Part shown: piece after piece, positions 20,033 through 29,544 of the stretch | Numbering within the stretch: the first letter of the stretch is position 1 | Layout: each line of letters opens with the position of its first letter | From: an uncultured Clostridia bacterium | GTDB lineage: Bacteria > Bacillota > Clostridia > Lachnospirales > Anaerotignaceae | Length of the DNA: 62,855 nucleotides | Direction: 5' to 3' | Assembly: GCA_944380455.1 (NCBI GenBank) | Contig: CALWHR010000161.1 | Coordinates: forward strand, 1-62,855 | The notes under the pieces: generated by a model | The model's input: the letters and a program-made list of their open reading frames with translations, nothing else | Database searches by the model: none | What the model was told of the DNA's origin: nothing | Program-made: the position numbers and the translations under genes

Positions 20033-20407
20033 TTGGTAAAAGAAAGAAAATATTTAATGATTTTGTCTATATGTGTAATATTATGCGGCCTTTGGTACAG
20101 CTGTTATACAAAAGAAAGTATTGTTGTGCTTTCCAAAGACAGCACAGTATATTATTACGATGTAAAAACAGAGTCGGAATTTTTGGCTCAGCTTGAAAAA
20201 GACAAAATAATAAACATAAATACGGCTGATATTGAAAGCTTAGATTCTTTAAAAGGCATTGGAGTTAAAACAGCAGAAAATATAATTAATTACAGATTGG
20301 AAAACGGACCTTTTAAATCTATTGATGAGATTATGAATGTAAGCGGTATCGGCGAAAGCAAGTTTAATGATATAAAAGATTATATTTCGGTTGAGGGAGA
20401 TTATTGA
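20033..20407 (+). CDS. comEA: ComEA-family helix-hairpin-helix DNA-binding protein
   Basis: ININTA...L..LKGIG..TA.NII.YR..NGPF.SIDEIMNVSGIG; start uncertain. Confidence 0.85.
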   Translation: MVKERKYLMILSICVILCGLWYSCYTKESIVVLSKDSTVYYYDVKTESEFLAQLEKDKIININTADIESLDSLKGIGVKTAENIINYRLENGPFKSIDEIMNVSGIGESKFNDIKDYISVEGDY

Positions 20408-20408
20408 T

Positions 20409-21101
20409 ATGGCATATAGGATACTTGTAGTAGATGATGAAAAATTAATTGTAAAAGGCATTAAATTCAGCCTTCAGCAGGACGGTATGGAAGTAGAGGC
20501 TGCTTATGACGGTGAAGAAGCCCTTAATTATATAAAAGAAAGAAAATTTGACTTAGTTGTTCTTGATGTTATGCTGCCTAAAATGAACGGCCTTGAAGTC
20601 TGCCAGCAGGTGCGCGGTTTTTCACAGGTGCCTATTATTATGGTTACAGCAAAAGGCGAGGACATGGATAAAATTATGGGTCTTGAGTACGGTGCTGATG
20701 ACTATATAGTTAAGCCGTTTAATATTCTTGAATTGAAGGCCAGAATAAAGGCTATTTTAAGACGCAGCGTTAAAAAGGTTGATATTACCGAAGAGAAAAA
20801 ATCAAATGTACTTGAAGTACGCGGACTAAAAGTTGATTTTGATTCAAGGCGTGTTTTTATAAACGGAAAGGAAACAAACCTTACTGCAAAGGAATTTGAT
20901 ATGCTGGTATTATTTATGGAAAATCCGGGTAAGGTTTACAGCAGGGAAACGCTTCTTGATACCATTTGGGGTTACGATTATCCTGGGGATGCAAGAACAG
21001 TTGACGTGCATGTAAGGCGTCTTAGAGAAAAGATAGAGGAAAAACCAAGCGAGCCGAAATATATTTTCACAAAATGGGGAGTTGGTTATTATTTTGGCTA
21101 A
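20409..21101 (+). CDS. OmpR-family response regulator
   Basis: ILVVDDE, LDVMLP, GADDYIVKPF, winged-helix C-terminus. Confidence 0.93.
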   Translation: MAYRILVVDDEKLIVKGIKFSLQQDGMEVEAAYDGEEALNYIKERKFDLVVLDVMLPKMNGLEVCQQVRGFSQVPIIMVTAKGEDMDKIMGLEYGADDYIVKPFNILELKARIKAILRRSVKKVDITEEKKSNVLEVRGLKVDFDSRRVFINGKETNLTAKEFDMLVLFMENPGKVYSRETLLDTIWGYDYPGDARTVDVHVRRLREKIEEKPSEPKYIFTKWGVGYYFG

Positions 21102-22518
21102 GAAAAAAGGCGGCAGCTTTAGAATTAAGTTTTTAATGATAGTAACTTATCTCTGTGCAGGGTTAATACCGCTTTTTCTTTTTACGGCTGTTGTGTTTAA
21201 AACAACAGAAAACTATTTTATTGAGGAAAAAAAGAAAGAGCTTTTAAATCAGGCAAATATATTTTCCGGGCATATTACAATTTCGGGATATTTGAAAAAC
21301 GAGGAAATGCGCCATGCCTTTGACAGGGATATTGAGCTTACAAGCGAGCAGGGCGGCTACAGGATAATAGTTACTGATGATATGGGTGTTGTAATTGAGG
21401 ACTCCAACGGTACTGACAACGGCAAAACCATTATCATACCAGAAATTGTTGAGGCTCTTGAAACCAAAGACGTTGCGCGTGAGCAGGAAAGCGGCGATAT
21501 TTATGTTGTTACGTCAATAGTTGATGAGGGCGGAAAAAAAGTAGGCACAGTCATTATAATTTATAAGCCTACAGATATCCACGATATGATAGCTGGTATC
21601 AGGAAGCCGGTATATATTATGACAATACTTATTTCAAGTATTGTGCTTACATTTGTACTTGTGCTTTCTCATACAATAACAGGGCCTTTAGGAAAGCTTA
21701 TGGAGGTAATACGCAATATTTCAGAAGGCCATTTTGACGAGCGAATGCCTGTTGATGAAAATTCCGACAACGAAATAATGCAGGTAGGCGCGGCGGTTAA
21801 CAATATGGCCGAAAAGCTGGAAGAAGTTGAAACATCACGCCAGCACTTTGTTTCAAACGTAAGCCACGAGCTTAAAACACCTTTAAGCTCTATTAAAGTG
21901 CTTAGTGAGTCTATACTTCTTGACAGCGAAGCACCTAAAGAAACGTATATTGAGTTTTTAAAGGATATAAATTCCGAAGTGGACAGGATGACGGAAATAA
22001 TTAATGATTTGCTTACTCTTGTTAAACTTGACCAGAAAGAAATTCCGGTTACTTTTAAACAGGAAAGTTTAAATTCTGTTATTGAGGATATTATTAAAAG
22101 ACTCAGACCTTTGGCTGATAATAAAAATATAGATTTTGAGTATACAGCCGTTAAGGAAGTCAACGCAGAAATAGACAAAACTAAATTTACACTGGCTGTT
22201 TCAAACCTTGTGGAAAACGGTATAAAATATACTGATGAAGGCGGAAAGGTTAAAGTAGTTCTTGACTGCGACCATCAGAACGCGTTTATTACTGTTTCTG
22301 ACACAGGTATTGGTATGGCTGAGGAGGAACTTTCAAAAATATTCGATAGATTTTACAGAATAGATAAAACACGCAACAGAGAAACAGGCGGAACAGGTCT
22401 TGGTCTTTCAATTACCCATTCAACAGTTTTAATGCACAACGGAAGCATTAAAGTTACAAGCCGCGAAAATGAGGGAACTACCTTTGTTGTTAGAATACCT
22501 CTTATTCATAATATATAA
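21082..22518 (+). CDS. Sensor histidine kinase (HAMP, HisKA, HATPase)
   Basis: SHELKTPL, NLVENGIKY, DTGIG, GGTGLGL. Confidence 0.93.
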   Translation: MVIILAKKKGGSFRIKFLMIVTYLCAGLIPLFLFTAVVFKTTENYFIEEKKKELLNQANIFSGHITISGYLKNEEMRHAFDRDIELTSEQGGYRIIVTDDMGVVIEDSNGTDNGKTIIIPEIVEALETKDVAREQESGDIYVVTSIVDEGGKKVGTVIIIYKPTDIHDMIAGIRKPVYIMTILISSIVLTFVLVLSHTITGPLGKLMEVIRNISEGHFDERMPVDENSDNEIMQVGAAVNNMAEKLEEVETSRQHFVSNVSHELKTPLSSIKVLSESILLDSEAPKETYIEFLKDINSEVDRMTEIINDLLTLVKLDQKEIPVTFKQESLNSVIEDIIKRLRPLADNKNIDFEYTAVKEVNAEIDKTKFTLAVSNLVENGIKYTDEGGKVKVVLDCDHQNAFITVSDTGIGMAEEELSKIFDRFYRIDKTRNRETGGTGLGLSITHSTVLMHNGSIKVTSRENEGTTFVVRIPLIHNI

Positions 22519-22530
22519 GGAGGTGACGCA

Positions 22531-23472
22531 GTGAAAAAAATAAGTATTGCTATAATAGCAGTTTTAGCAGTTTTAATAATTTCAGCTGGCGTTACTGTGT
22601 TAATAAGTATTAATTCATCAGAAAACAGTTTAAATCAGGGACTTGATATTTATTACCTTGATATGGAGGATCGCACGCTTAAAAGTGAAAAATATAATGT
22701 TGTGGGCAAATCCGAAGGGGAGATAATAGAAAGCACATTCAATACCATGAAGGCCAAGCCTAAGAATGAAAAATTTGTATCTGCTGTGCCTGAAAATATA
22801 AGCATTTTAGACAGTAAAATTGAAAACGGCATATTGGAGCTTAATTTATCTAAAGAATATCTTCAGATGACTAAAAGTGATGAGATGTTCTGCCGGGGAG
22901 CAGTTATAAAAACAATGACAGGTTTTTCTTTTGTTGAAAGCGTTGAAATACTGGTAGATGGCCAGTCACTTAAAACAACAGGCGGAATGCCTATAGGCCC
23001 GGTAAGCGGTGATGATATAATAATAAGCGGTTCAATAGAGGCAGAGCCGGTTACTTCAGTAAAGCTTATAACACTGTATTTTTCAAATTCAGACTCAACA
23101 GGACTTGTGCAGGAAGAGCGCAAGGTTGAAGTAAATCGTAATCAGCCCCTTGAAAAATATGTTATGGAGGAGCTTATAAAAGGTCCGCAGACAAAGGGAA
23201 GCTTAGCAACTGTACCTTCTGAAACCAAGGTAAGAAATATAATGACTCAAGATGGAATTTGTTATGTTGACCTTAGCTCTGATTTTGTTTCTAAACACAG
23301 CGGAGGAAAGGAAAAAGAGCTTCTGACAATTTATTCTATAGTAAATTCTCTTACTGCCCTTGATGATGTAAGCAAAGTGCAGTTCCTTATTGAAGGTGAA
23401 AAACAGGAAGAGTTTAAGGGAAACGTGGAATTCAGTCAGCCTTTTGAGCCTAAAGAGATAGTGATTCAATAA
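22531..23472 (+). CDS. Tandem GerMN-domain protein
   Basis: Two GerMN-like repeats (LYF...ELIKGP...VDLS..F...IVNSLT....V.FLIEG). Confidence 0.82.
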   Translation: MKKISIAIIAVLAVLIISAGVTVLISINSSENSLNQGLDIYYLDMEDRTLKSEKYNVVGKSEGEIIESTFNTMKAKPKNEKFVSAVPENISILDSKIENGILELNLSKEYLQMTKSDEMFCRGAVIKTMTGFSFVESVEILVDGQSLKTTGGMPIGPVSGDDIIISGSIEAEPVTSVKLITLYFSNSDSTGLVQEERKVEVNRNQPLEKYVMEELIKGPQTKGSLATVPSETKVRNIMTQDGICYVDLSSDFVSKHSGGKEKELLTIYSIVNSLTALDDVSKVQFLIEGEKQEEFKGNVEFSQPFEPKEIVIQ

Positions 23473-25691
23473 TGAAAAGGCCAGCGTTATATACATTTAT
23501 ATATTTTGCAGCAGGAATTACCGCAGCATTTTGTTTAAAAGGCAAAGGGCTTATGCTTTTTGCCTTTTTAGCTGTTATTTCATGCTGTTATCTGTATTTT
23601 AAAATTAAAAATTTAAGTGTATTTATACTGGCAGTTGCTTTTGGTACAGGTGCTTTGGCTATGGGTGCATGTACATACAGGGAGTATGAATTTTCTAAAT
23701 ACGGCTGTTTAAAAGGTGATGTTTACGATATTGATTTTAATTCAAACGGCGGACAGACAGTAACGCTTAAAAATACAGTATTAATTACTGATGATGGTGA
23801 TGAAATTACGGTAGATGGCCGAAGCATTATTTACACTTATGAAGGGGTTTATGTACGGCGCGGAGACTATATTGGCATTAAATTTTCTGGTTTAAAGAGC
23901 GAAGAAGAAAATTATGTTTCAGGGTTTAATTATAATCAATATGTTTTATTAAACAATATAGCTTTTACGGCTAATGCCGATGAGGTTTATCTTTTGGGTC
24001 ACAGCGGAAATTTAATGCAGAAGCTGTTGGATTTGCGTGACAAAACAGGAAATCTATTTGAAAACATATATCCAAAAACTGAGGCATCTGTACTTAAAGC
24101 AATTATACTTGGGGATACTTCAGATTTAAGCAGTGAAACAAGAAGTTTATATAATTCAGCAGGAATTTCCCATATACTTGCTGTTTCTGGTTTGCATACA
24201 GCCGTAATTTCACTTATGGTTATTAGATTATTAAATCTTTTAGGATTAAACAGAAGGAAAGCAGCCTTTATCGCTGTTTTGATTATTTCGTTTTATGCGG
24301 TTTTTGCAGGCGGCAAAGCAAGCATTGTAAGAAGCGCTGTGATGATAAACATATATTTATTGGCAAGAATTGTGTATCGTGAAGCTGATACCCTTAACTC
24401 CATGGGTTTGGCAGGTCTTGCTCTGCTTATATTTAATCCTTACAGCCTGTTTTCTGTTGGATTTCAATTAAGCTTCGTATCAGTTGCTGCTGTTTTAATA
24501 TTCAGCAATATATGTGAAGAAAGTAAAACTTCTTTTTTGAATAAAATTAAATCCAGCGCGGCGCTTTCGTTGTTTGTTTCTGTATGCACTATACCGATTG
24601 TAGCATATAATTTTTATGACGTACCGGTTTACGGCTTTATTACCAATATTTTTGTTATTCCTGTGCTTGGTGTTTTAACTGTTATTGGCTTTATTAGTGC
24701 TGTTTTAAGTGTTTTCAGTTTGGAGGCAGGAATATTTACAGGCGGTATAGTATTTGTTATATTAAAATTTATAAATGTTATTTGTATCTGCATTTCTCAC
24801 CTGCCGCTTTCGGTAATTAATGTTGGAAGGCCGAGTATTGTTTTTATTGTACTTTTTTACAGTACGGTGCTGTCTTTTGTTGTTTTAAAAGACTGCAGAA
24901 GAAACAGAATAATATCTGTTTTAGTTACGGCATTTTGCGTTTTCAGTGTAATATCAAACAAACTTATTTTTAAATATAGTACAGTTGATTTTCTGCCATC
25001 GGATTATGGCGGCGGTGCAGTTGTTAAAACATATAAAGGCAATGTGTATTTAATTGGTCAAGGTGGTAAAGGCGGATTTTATAACGAGGCGGAAAATGTT
25101 TTGGAATATGTTTGTATGCTGGGAAGCAAAAAGGCCGATGCTTTATTTTTAGACGGAACGGATAAATACGATATAAATTTTGCTGTTGATTTAATAAATA
25201 TTGACGGTACTGATTTGATTTTTATACCAAAAGGCTCAAATGAAAACAATGAAGGTTTTCAAACTTTGCTTTTTACGGCTGACAAGACAGACACAGATAT
25301 TAAATACATAGCCATGCCTGATTGTGCTGATTTTGATAACAGCTTTGAGATTAGCTGTTTGTTTCCTGATGAAAATTTGAAAAGCGGGATTTCTTCAGGT
25401 AATGCGGTTTTTAAATTTGCCTTCGGAAGTATAAGCTTTTTATATTTAGGCGATATAACAAAAGAACTGGATTTTTTGTCTTTTGCCGGCGCTGATATTT
25501 CATCTGAAGTTTTGTACTGCAATAATGAAGTATTATGCAACAAATCAGTATCTGATTTTATATATTGCTGTAAAGCTGATTACGTAATTACTGACAGCGC
25601 TGAGGATAATGATTTAAATGTACTTGACACAGAAAGCATTGGCAAAATAAGCTTTAAAACAAACGGAACAAATTTATTTATTGATTATTAA
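23472..25691 (+). CDS. comEC: ComEC/Rec2 competence protein
   Basis: GISHILAVSGLH, S.VRSAVM, GFQLSF; degenerate C-terminal MBL-like domain. Confidence 0.88.
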   Translation: MKRPALYTFIYFAAGITAAFCLKGKGLMLFAFLAVISCCYLYFKIKNLSVFILAVAFGTGALAMGACTYREYEFSKYGCLKGDVYDIDFNSNGGQTVTLKNTVLITDDGDEITVDGRSIIYTYEGVYVRRGDYIGIKFSGLKSEEENYVSGFNYNQYVLLNNIAFTANADEVYLLGHSGNLMQKLLDLRDKTGNLFENIYPKTEASVLKAIILGDTSDLSSETRSLYNSAGISHILAVSGLHTAVISLMVIRLLNLLGLNRRKAAFIAVLIISFYAVFAGGKASIVRSAVMINIYLLARIVYREADTLNSMGLAGLALLIFNPYSLFSVGFQLSFVSVAAVLIFSNICEESKTSFLNKIKSSAALSLFVSVCTIPIVAYNFYDVPVYGFITNIFVIPVLGVLTVIGFISAVLSVFSLEAGIFTGGIVFVILKFINVICICISHLPLSVINVGRPSIVFIVLFYSTVLSFVVLKDCRRNRIISVLVTAFCVFSVISNKLIFKYSTVDFLPSDYGGGAVVKTYKGNVYLIGQGGKGGFYNEAENVLEYVCMLGSKKADALFLDGTDKYDINFAVDLINIDGTDLIFIPKGSNENNEGFQTLLFTADKTDTDIKYIAMPDCADFDNSFEISCLFPDENLKSGISSGNAVFKFAFGSISFLYLGDITKELDFLSFAGADISSEVLYCNNEVLCNKSVSDFIYCCKADYVITDSAEDNDLNVLDTESIGKISFKTNGTNLFIDY

Positions 25692-25708
25692 TATGGTGGT
25701 ATAAAATA

Positions 25709-26698
25709 ATGAAAAGAATTAAAAGCGATATAGCCAAAAAAAGCTTTGAAAAATGTTATCTTCTTTATGGCGGAGAAAGCTTTTTAAGGGATTTATATGT
25801 TAAAAGACTTAAAGCATCTGTTATATCAGGCGGATTTTCTGAAATGAATATAGATATTTTTAACGGTGCAGAGGACATAAACCGTATAATAGATGCCTGT
25901 GAAACAATGCCATTTATGAGCGAGAGGCGTTTAATTATAATTAAAGACAGTGCTCTTTTTAAAGCCGGAAGAAAAAACGACAGCGAGCGTATTGCTGATA
26001 TGATAGAAAATCTGCCTGACAGCACGTGTGTTGTTTTTTCTGAGGAAGACGCGGATAAACGCCTTAGACTTTTTAAAACGGTTGTAAAGCATGGTTATGC
26101 GGCTTTGTGTGCCGCACCTCAGGGAACAGAACTTTATTCATGGGCTGAAAAAACTTTAGCCAAAAACAAAATTAAAATGAACAGAGAACAAACGCTGTTC
26201 TTTTTTAAAACAGTAGGAAGCAGTATGGAAAACGCCGCGGCAGAGCTAAACAAGCTTATAAGCTATAAAGGTCATAACTCGGTTGTGGAAAATGCCGATA
26301 TAGAAAAAATATGTATTAAGGCTATGGAAGCGCACATTTTTGATTTGGTAGAGGCTATTGGCAAAAGGGATACAGGCACGGCGGTAAAAATTTACAGAAA
26401 CCTGATACTGTTAAAAGAACAGCCTGTTGGTATTCTTGCCATGATAGCGCGGCAGTTCAGGCTGATGATACAGGCGGCCGGACTTTCAAACACTGGAAAA
26501 AGCCAGAAAGAAATTTGTGAGTTAATGGGGCAGAAGGATTTTGTTGTTAAAATGGCTTTAAACCAGAGCCGAAACTTTACGCCTGATGTATTAAAAGCTG
26601 CATTTAAGGACTGCCTGAATACAGACTACGGCATTAAATCAGGTATTTTAGATAGTGAAACAGCCGTTGAGATACTTATAGTAAAATACAGCGGATAA
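25709..26698 (+). CDS. holA: DNA polymerase III delta subunit
   Basis: YLLYG.E, TMPFMSERRLIII, ELNKL..Y, IFDL..AI; position after comEC is typical. Confidence 0.9.
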   Translation: MKRIKSDIAKKSFEKCYLLYGGESFLRDLYVKRLKASVISGGFSEMNIDIFNGAEDINRIIDACETMPFMSERRLIIIKDSALFKAGRKNDSERIADMIENLPDSTCVVFSEEDADKRLRLFKTVVKHGYAALCAAPQGTELYSWAEKTLAKNKIKMNREQTLFFFKTVGSSMENAAAELNKLISYKGHNSVVENADIEKICIKAMEAHIFDLVEAIGKRDTGTAVKIYRNLILLKEQPVGILAMIARQFRLMIQAAGLSNTGKSQKEICELMGQKDFVVKMALNQSRNFTPDVLKAAFKDCLNTDYGIKSGILDSETAVEILIVKYSG

Positions 26699-26716
26699 TA
26701 TCTATTTAAAAAGGGT

Positions 26717-26742
26717 AAAGGACGCATTAAATGCGTCCTTTT
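26717..26742 (+). terminator. Intrinsic terminator after holA
   Basis: AAAGGACGCAT-TAA-ATGCGTCCTTT. Confidence 0.8.
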
Positions 26743-26926
26743 GTATGGAATAATAAAGTGTGGGCTGTTTGGCTGCATTATATATAAAAATATTGGGGAT
26801 GAAGTAAAGAAAGTTTAAACAACCCAAGCACATTGTTTTTATCTCCGGCTATTTAAAGCCGGAGAGTAGGAAATGGTTTTAATAAAGAAAAGGATGTTTT
26901 CTTTATGGAGTGCTTTATTATTAATA

Positions 26927-27148
26927 TTATGAACTTTGCTTTGATACGGCGGAGTCGAGAGAAAAAAGCCTGTTTGGAGTGCAGTTAAAAAGACCGCAAA
27001 GCTCTTCTATAACTTCGTAGCGTATGGAAGAAGTTTCGTTATTTACCATTTTATTAAAGTTCTGGTAGCTCATTCCAAGTCTTTTATAAAGCCAGTATTT
27101 TGTTTTTCCGTTCTCTTCAAGCAATTTAAGTACATCAAGTTTAAGCAT
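26927..27148 (-). CDS. Cro/C1-type HTH protein
   Basis: KTKYWL...GMSYQNFNKMVNNET.SIRYE.IE.LC..F.CTPN; AAGGAG RBS. Confidence 0.85.
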   Translation of the reverse strand: MLKLDVLKLLEENGKTKYWLYKRLGMSYQNFNKMVNNETSSIRYEVIEELCGLFNCTPNRLFSLDSAVSKQSS

Positions 27149-27182
27149 TAAAATTCACTCCTTTTAAAAATCCGTAAAAAGC

Positions 27183-27283
27183 AAAAAGGCGGACAACTCC
27201 TAAGAAGTGTCCACCTTGACATCAGTATTATTAATATATTTATCTAACGCAAACATTATAATACCTATGCTTAAAATTTACAA
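27183..27283 (-). promoter_or_regulatory. SigA promoter followed by a leader terminator upstream of the HTH gene
   Basis: Minus strand TTGTAA(27283)-17 bp-TATAAT(27260); AAGGTGGACA...TGTCCGCCTTTTT hairpin at 27217-27183. Confidence 0.6.
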
Positions 27284-27328
27284 TACTTTTTTTATAATTT
27301 TTACCAAAAATTTTATGTCACTGAGGCA

Positions 27329-27571
27329 TTAAGAATTAAGCTTCTGCCTCCCCTCATTATCCATGTAATAGTTATCTTTATATATAAGCTCGCTGATAGG
27401 TACGATTTCATAGCCTTTTTCTTTAAGTCCTTTTAAAATTGTATCCAGCACCTGCGGCGTGTATTTAGCATCATTATGGAAAAGAATAATTGAACCGTTT
27501 GAGAGATGCTTGTGGTTAAGCACCTGGTTTATCTCAGCTTCCGGACCTTGTTCTTTCCAGTCAAGAGAATC
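27329..27571 (-). CDS. pdaB: 3' half of split PdaB-type polysaccharide deacetylase (80 aa, no proper start)
   Basis: In frame from 27571: DSLDWKEQGPEAEINQVLNHKHLSNGSIILFHND...GYEIVPISELI, carrying NodB motifs 4 and 5. Confidence 0.9.
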   Translation of the reverse strand, partial: DSLDWKEQGPEAEINQVLNHKHLSNGSIILFHNDAKYTPQVLDTILKGLKEKGYEIVPISELIYKDNYYMDNEGRQKLNS

Positions 27572-27592
27572 AGTAAACGCCAGAGAATAAAA
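27570..27592. other. Left recombination (att) site of the intervening element
   Basis: Core TC at 27570-27571 (GA on minus) followed by arm AGTAAACGCCAGAGAATAAAA, 17/21 inverted match to the right-end arm. Confidence 0.88.
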
Positions 27593-27639
27593 TGTTTTGT
27601 TTAAAATATAATATAAAAAAAGACAAAGGCGGTTTTTAA

Positions 27640-28980
27640 ATGGATGCCATTTATGTCAGACAGTCTGTAGATAAAAAAGACAGTATATCTATAGAAGCTC
27701 AGACGGAGATGTGTGTTTTGCAGGCAAATGATGAGTATACTGTTTTTGCAGACAAGGGTTTTTCAGGCAAAAACATAAACAGGCCGGCGTTTAAAAATAT
27801 GATGAGCCTGGTTAGAAGCAGAAAAATTAACCGTATTATTGTGTACAGAATAGATAGACTAAGTCGTTCTATAGCGGATTTTTCGATTTTCTGGCGTGAG
27901 ATAGAAAAGTACGGTGTTGAATTTATGTCTGTTAATGAAAAATTTGATACTTCATCGCCAATCGGCCGGGCTATGCTTTATATTATAATGAGCTTTGCTC
28001 AGCTGGAGCGTGAAACTATAGCTGAAAGAATACGGGATAATTATTTTGCCAGGTTTAAAAGAGGTGTATGGACCGGCGGACCTGCGCCTTTAGGTTTTGA
28101 TATAGCAAAAGAAAATCTTAACGGAAAAAATGTATCTTATTTAAAAGAGAACTCGGACATTGAAACAGTAAAAGCCATATTCGATACATATTACTCAGGC
28201 AAAAGCCTGTATTTTACAGCAGAAAAAGCTGCCGAAATGAGTCCTGAAAAATACTGGGACAGCCGGGCTATTTCAAGAATAATACGAAATCCGGTTTATG
28301 CCGCCTGCAGCAGCGAGATTTACTGGTACTATATCGAAAAGGGTGCAGAACCCCAGAACGAAGAAACACAATTCAACGGCATTAATGCTGCCATGCTTAC
28401 AGGAAAGGAAGGCGGCTGCGCAAAAAAACTCTCTGTTGCCGGGCACAAAGGCGTTATAGAACCAGATGTGTTTTTAAGCTGTAACAAACGCCTTGATTTA
28501 AACAAACCTGTCTGTATAAACACAAGAGGAAATTATTCTGTATTATCCGGTATATTAAAGTGCGGAAAATGCAAAAAAACAGTTAAAGTAATATATTCCG
28601 GAAAAAAACGGTATCTGTTCTGCTCAAAGGGTTGTTCTGGATTAAAAGACTTTCAGCTTGATAAACTGGAAAGTGATATTATTTCTGACGTTGATAGCTT
28701 AATTAAAAGCTGCTGTGATTGTTTAATGGAAGATGAAAAAAGTGATATTAAATTCAGAATAGGCAATCTTATTAAGGCACTGGAAGAAGGCGGAATAAGT
28801 GCTAAATATATTGAAGAAAGAATAAAAGAGCTTGAAAGTCTGAAAAACGAATGCAAAAAAGTAAACTGTGCTTTGGATATTAAATCTCTGCCGTATGAAC
28901 AGAGAAAACTTTTACTGAATCTTATAGTTGACAAAATAGTTATAAATGGAAAAACTGTCCATATTTTTTATGGATTTTAA
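27640..28980 (+). CDS. Large serine recombinase (SpoIVCA/TnpX-like)
   Basis: AIYVRQS catalytic Ser, DKGFSG.N..RPAF, YRIDRLSR, FAQLERETIAERI, CGKC...C..GC zinc ribbon. Confidence 0.95.
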   Translation: MDAIYVRQSVDKKDSISIEAQTEMCVLQANDEYTVFADKGFSGKNINRPAFKNMMSLVRSRKINRIIVYRIDRLSRSIADFSIFWREIEKYGVEFMSVNEKFDTSSPIGRAMLYIIMSFAQLERETIAERIRDNYFARFKRGVWTGGPAPLGFDIAKENLNGKNVSYLKENSDIETVKAIFDTYYSGKSLYFTAEKAAEMSPEKYWDSRAISRIIRNPVYAACSSEIYWYYIEKGAEPQNEETQFNGINAAMLTGKEGGCAKKLSVAGHKGVIEPDVFLSCNKRLDLNKPVCINTRGNYSVLSGILKCGKCKKTVKVIYSGKKRYLFCSKGCSGLKDFQLDKLESDIISDVDSLIKSCCDCLMEDEKSDIKFRIGNLIKALEEGGISAKYIEERIKELESLKNECKKVNCALDIKSLPYEQRKLLLNLIVDKIVINGKTVHIFYGF

Positions 28981-29052
28981 TATGTGTATTGACAAGAGCA
29001 TTTTTTTAAAATATTCTAATTTTAGAGAAAAGAAATTTCAGGGGGTGTTATT

Positions 29053-29445
29053 ATGTTTGAAAATCTTACTCCGGACGGAAAAATTAAAACCATACGATAT
29101 CTTAAAGCTACCCATGATGATTTTGCCAAGCTTGTTAAAGAAGGCAAAAAAATGATTCAGGATGTTGATGATATGGAGAAAAAAACAGGTATTTCGCCTA
29201 CAGATGCTGAAAGATTGGTTGAGGAAAATCCAAATAAGGAAATAGAAATCGACGGCGAGAAAAAGACTGTTTTATGGCTTTATACATACTATGTAAACAG
29301 AAAGTCAATACTTGAAGGCTATAACAGGGCGTATAAATTCCTTATGGAAGAGGGCGTTGACGAGCTTTTGTTTACTATAGGAGTTGGAAGCGACAGTTAT
29401 GACTACAACTTCTACAAATTCTGCTTAGACGCTTTTGATGAATAA
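29053..29445 (+). CDS. Hypothetical protein, 130 aa
   Basis: GGGGG RBS; own sigA-like promoter TTGACA(28989)-17 bp-TATTCT. Confidence 0.7.
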   Translation: MFENLTPDGKIKTIRYLKATHDDFAKLVKEGKKMIQDVDDMEKKTGISPTDAERLVEENPNKEIEIDGEKKTVLWLYTYYVNRKSILEGYNRAYKFLMEEGVDELLFTIGVGSDSYDYNFYKFCLDAFDE

Positions 29446-29544
29446 TGACCTTAAAACTGCCGCATGCTTATAAGGCACAGACCATAATAAACGCTGTTTT
29501 ATGGTGCAGAGCCTAAAGTATGCGGCTTTTTTGGGAGGTATAAA

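Noticed and set aside
27329-27523. 64-aa ORF treated as an independent small gene
   Set aside because: Deacetylase homology continues in frame upstream to 27571 (DSLDW) and there is no RBS; it is the 3' half of pdaB
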